A DNA stretch of 64,000 nucleotides from a bacterium (lineage in GTDB: Bacteria > UBA8248), in NCBI GenBank assembly GCA_965261085.1, contig OZ253442.1, positions 576,001 through 640,000 of the forward strand, given 5' to 3'. How positions within the stretch are numbered: the stretch's first letter is position 1; each line of letters opens with the position of its first letter. Under the pieces are notes generated by a model. That model was not told where the DNA came from, did not search any database, and saw only the letters and a list, made by a program, of their open reading frames with translations. The position numbers and the translations under genes are program-made. Shown piece by piece: positions 62,060 to 64,000 of the stretch.

Positions 62060-62089
62060 AATATAAGCACCAAGCCATACTTATGTCAA
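62060..62089 (-). promoter_or_regulatory. sigma70 promoter of leader RNA/abi gene
   Basis: TTGACA-N18-TATATT. Confidence 0.65.
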
Positions 62090-62324
62090 GAAAGAAAATT
62101 ACTCGATTGGTCTGTACATATATCAATCATGAGATTATTTGTAAAGAAATAGTCTGGAAATGGCAATCGCTCTTGGGGCCGCTCTATATTGGGTGGTTGA
62201 CGCAGGGGATCGACAAAAGCTTGAGTTTCGTGCAGCAAACGGCGTTGTTTTGCGCTGGATTTGTATAAATATGGACAAAATTGCGTTGGTATAATGGTTT
62301 TTATAAATTTATGGAGGTTTTCGC

Positions 62325-64000
62325 TTGAATTTTTCGTATGATGTCATCGTCGTGGGCGGTGGACACGCCGGATGCGAGGCGGCGCTCGCCGCCGCGCGCA
62401 TGGGCGCACGCACCATGATGCTCACCATGAACCTCGACACCGTGGGTCTGATGTCGTGCAATCCGGCCATCGGCGGACTGGCGAAGGGCGTTCTGGTGCG
62501 TGAAGTGGACGCTTTGGGCGGTGAAATGGCCCGCGCCATCGACGCCACGGGCATTCAGTTCCGGATGCTGAACACGAAAAAAGGCCCCGCCGTACAGGCC
62601 CTGCGCGCCCAGGCGGACAAGCAGCGCTACCGCGCGTATATGAAAAACGCGGTCGAAAGCCAGGCGAGCCTCGATCTCAAGCAGGGATTGGTGCAAAAAC
62701 TCCTGGTGAAGGACGGGGCGATAGCGGGTCTTCAGGATCATTTCGGGGAAACCTGGGAGGCCCGGGCGGTCGTTCTGACGCCGGGCACCTTCACGCGCGG
62801 TCTTCTCCACTACGGCGACAGAAAAGTCGAAGGCGGGCGCGCGGGCGAGGGTTCGGCGAACGAACTCACGAAGCAACTCGTCTCGCTCGGCTTCGCCATC
62901 GGGCGCATGAAGACGGGAACGCCGCCCCGGCTGGACGCGAAATCCATTGATTTTCAAATACTTGACGTTCAGCCCGGTGACGACCCGCCCCTTCCGTTCT
63001 CCTACCGCACCCCCGCCATCGAACAAGAGCAGATGCCTTGCTGGATCACCTACACGAACCCGGCGACGCACGAGGTCATCCGCCGGAACATCGAGCGCGC
63101 GCCCATGTACAACGGCCAGATCGACGCCATCGGCGTGCGCTATTGCCCGAGCATCGAGGATAAAATCATGCGGTTCGAGGGCAAGCAAGAGCACCAGATA
63201 TTCCTGGAGCCCGAAGGACGCGAGACTTGCGAAATTTACGTGAACGGGCTTTCCACGAGCCTGCCAGTGGACGTGCAAATCCGGATGCTAAGAACAATCA
63301 AAGGCTTAGAGAGAGCCGAGATGATGCGACCGGGCTACGCCGTCGAGTATGACCATGTGGAGCCGACCGAACTGGGCCCAAGCCTGATGACGAAAAAGAT
63401 GCCGGGACTCTTCCATGCCGGCCAGATCAACGGAACGACCGGCTATGAGGAGGCCGCCGCCCAGGGGATCATGGCGGGAATCAACGCCGTTCACTATCTG
63501 CGCAGCGAGGAACCCGTGATTTTGAACAGGGAAGAAGCCTACATCGGCGTTTTAATCGATGATCTCATCACCAAGGGAACGGCCGAGCCCTACCGGATGT
63601 TCACCAGCCGGGCCGAGCACAGGCTCCTGCTGCGCCACGACAACGCGGATTTCAGGCTGATGGAACTCGGCCACAGGGTCGGTTCCCTGGATGAGGCCAC
63701 CTATCGCGCCTTTGAGACGAAGGCGAAACGAGCGAGCGAAGCCATCGCGTATCTGGAAGCCACGATGGTGAACCCCAAACCGGACGTCCGCAGCGCCATG
63801 GAGGCGGCGGGCTCCAAACCGCTCAAAAAACCATCCACCCTGGGCGATATTCTGAGACGCCCCGAAGCCGGCCCCGAACTGGCGATTCGGGTCGATTCGG
63901 TCGTCGGGGGCTGTTTTGTGGCTATTTGGGAGGCGCTTGAGGGTGAATCGCGGCGATACGTCATGGCTGAGGTAAAATACAAGGAGTATTTCGAGCGGGA
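62325..64000 (+). CDS. mnmG: tRNA uridine-5-carboxymethylaminomethyl modification enzyme MnmG (partial, runs off window)
   Basis: TTG after GGAGG; [60 protein letters not shown]. Confidence 0.96.
   Translation, partial: MNFSYDVIVVGGGHAGCEAALAAARMGARTMMLTMNLDTVGLMSCNPAIGGLAKGVLVREVDALGGEMARAIDATGIQFRMLNTKKGPAVQALRAQADKQRYRAYMKNAVESQASLDLKQGLVQKLLVKDGAIAGLQDHFGETWEARAVVLTPGTFTRGLLHYGDRKVEGGRAGEGSANELTKQLVSLGFAIGRMKTGTPPRLDAKSIDFQILDVQPGDDPPLPFSYRTPAIEQEQMPCWITYTNPATHEVIRRNIERAPMYNGQIDAIGVRYCPSIEDKIMRFEGKQEHQIFLEPEGRETCEIYVNGLSTSLPVDVQIRMLRTIKGLERAEMMRPGYAVEYDHVEPTELGPSLMTKKMPGLFHAGQINGTTGYEEAAAQGIMAGINAVHYLRSEEPVILNREEAYIGVLIDDLITKGTAEPYRMFTSRAEHRLLLRHDNADFRLMELGHRVGSLDEATYRAFETKAKRASEAIAYLEATMVNPKPDVRSAMEAAGSKPLKKPSTLGDILRRPEAGPELAIRVDSVVGGCFVAIWEALEGESRRYVMAEVKYKEYFER

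Overview
GC-rich bacterial chromosome segment spanning the replication origin (gyrA-gyrB-recF-oriC-dnaA / rpmH-rnpA-yidD-yidC ... mnmE-mnmG), with a complete isc operon, a glycine-betaine-type ABC transporter and many housekeeping/metabolic genes. Main points: (1) three in-frame UGA codons at Cys-motif positions, each followed by a SECIS-like hairpin, none annotated correctly by the ORF track: a UxxC glutaredoxin/NrdH, a secreted WUxxC thioredoxin, and an unannotated 99-aa tandem zinc-ribbon (CxxC..CxxU) protein translationally coupled to the glutaredoxin, a candidate new selenoprotein family; (2) an AbiF/Abi_2 HEPN gene with its own promoter and a ~65-nt leader hairpin RNA inserted between mnmE and mnmG; (3) two lower-GC two-gene toxin/defence-like cassettes; (4) a soluble FliG-C + 2x MotA-cytoplasmic-like fusion after yidC; (5) no dnaN at the origin, gyrB/gyrA split by a cytochrome c'-like gene, and a GTAG-REP cluster. 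All calls come from reading the sequence; no searches were run.
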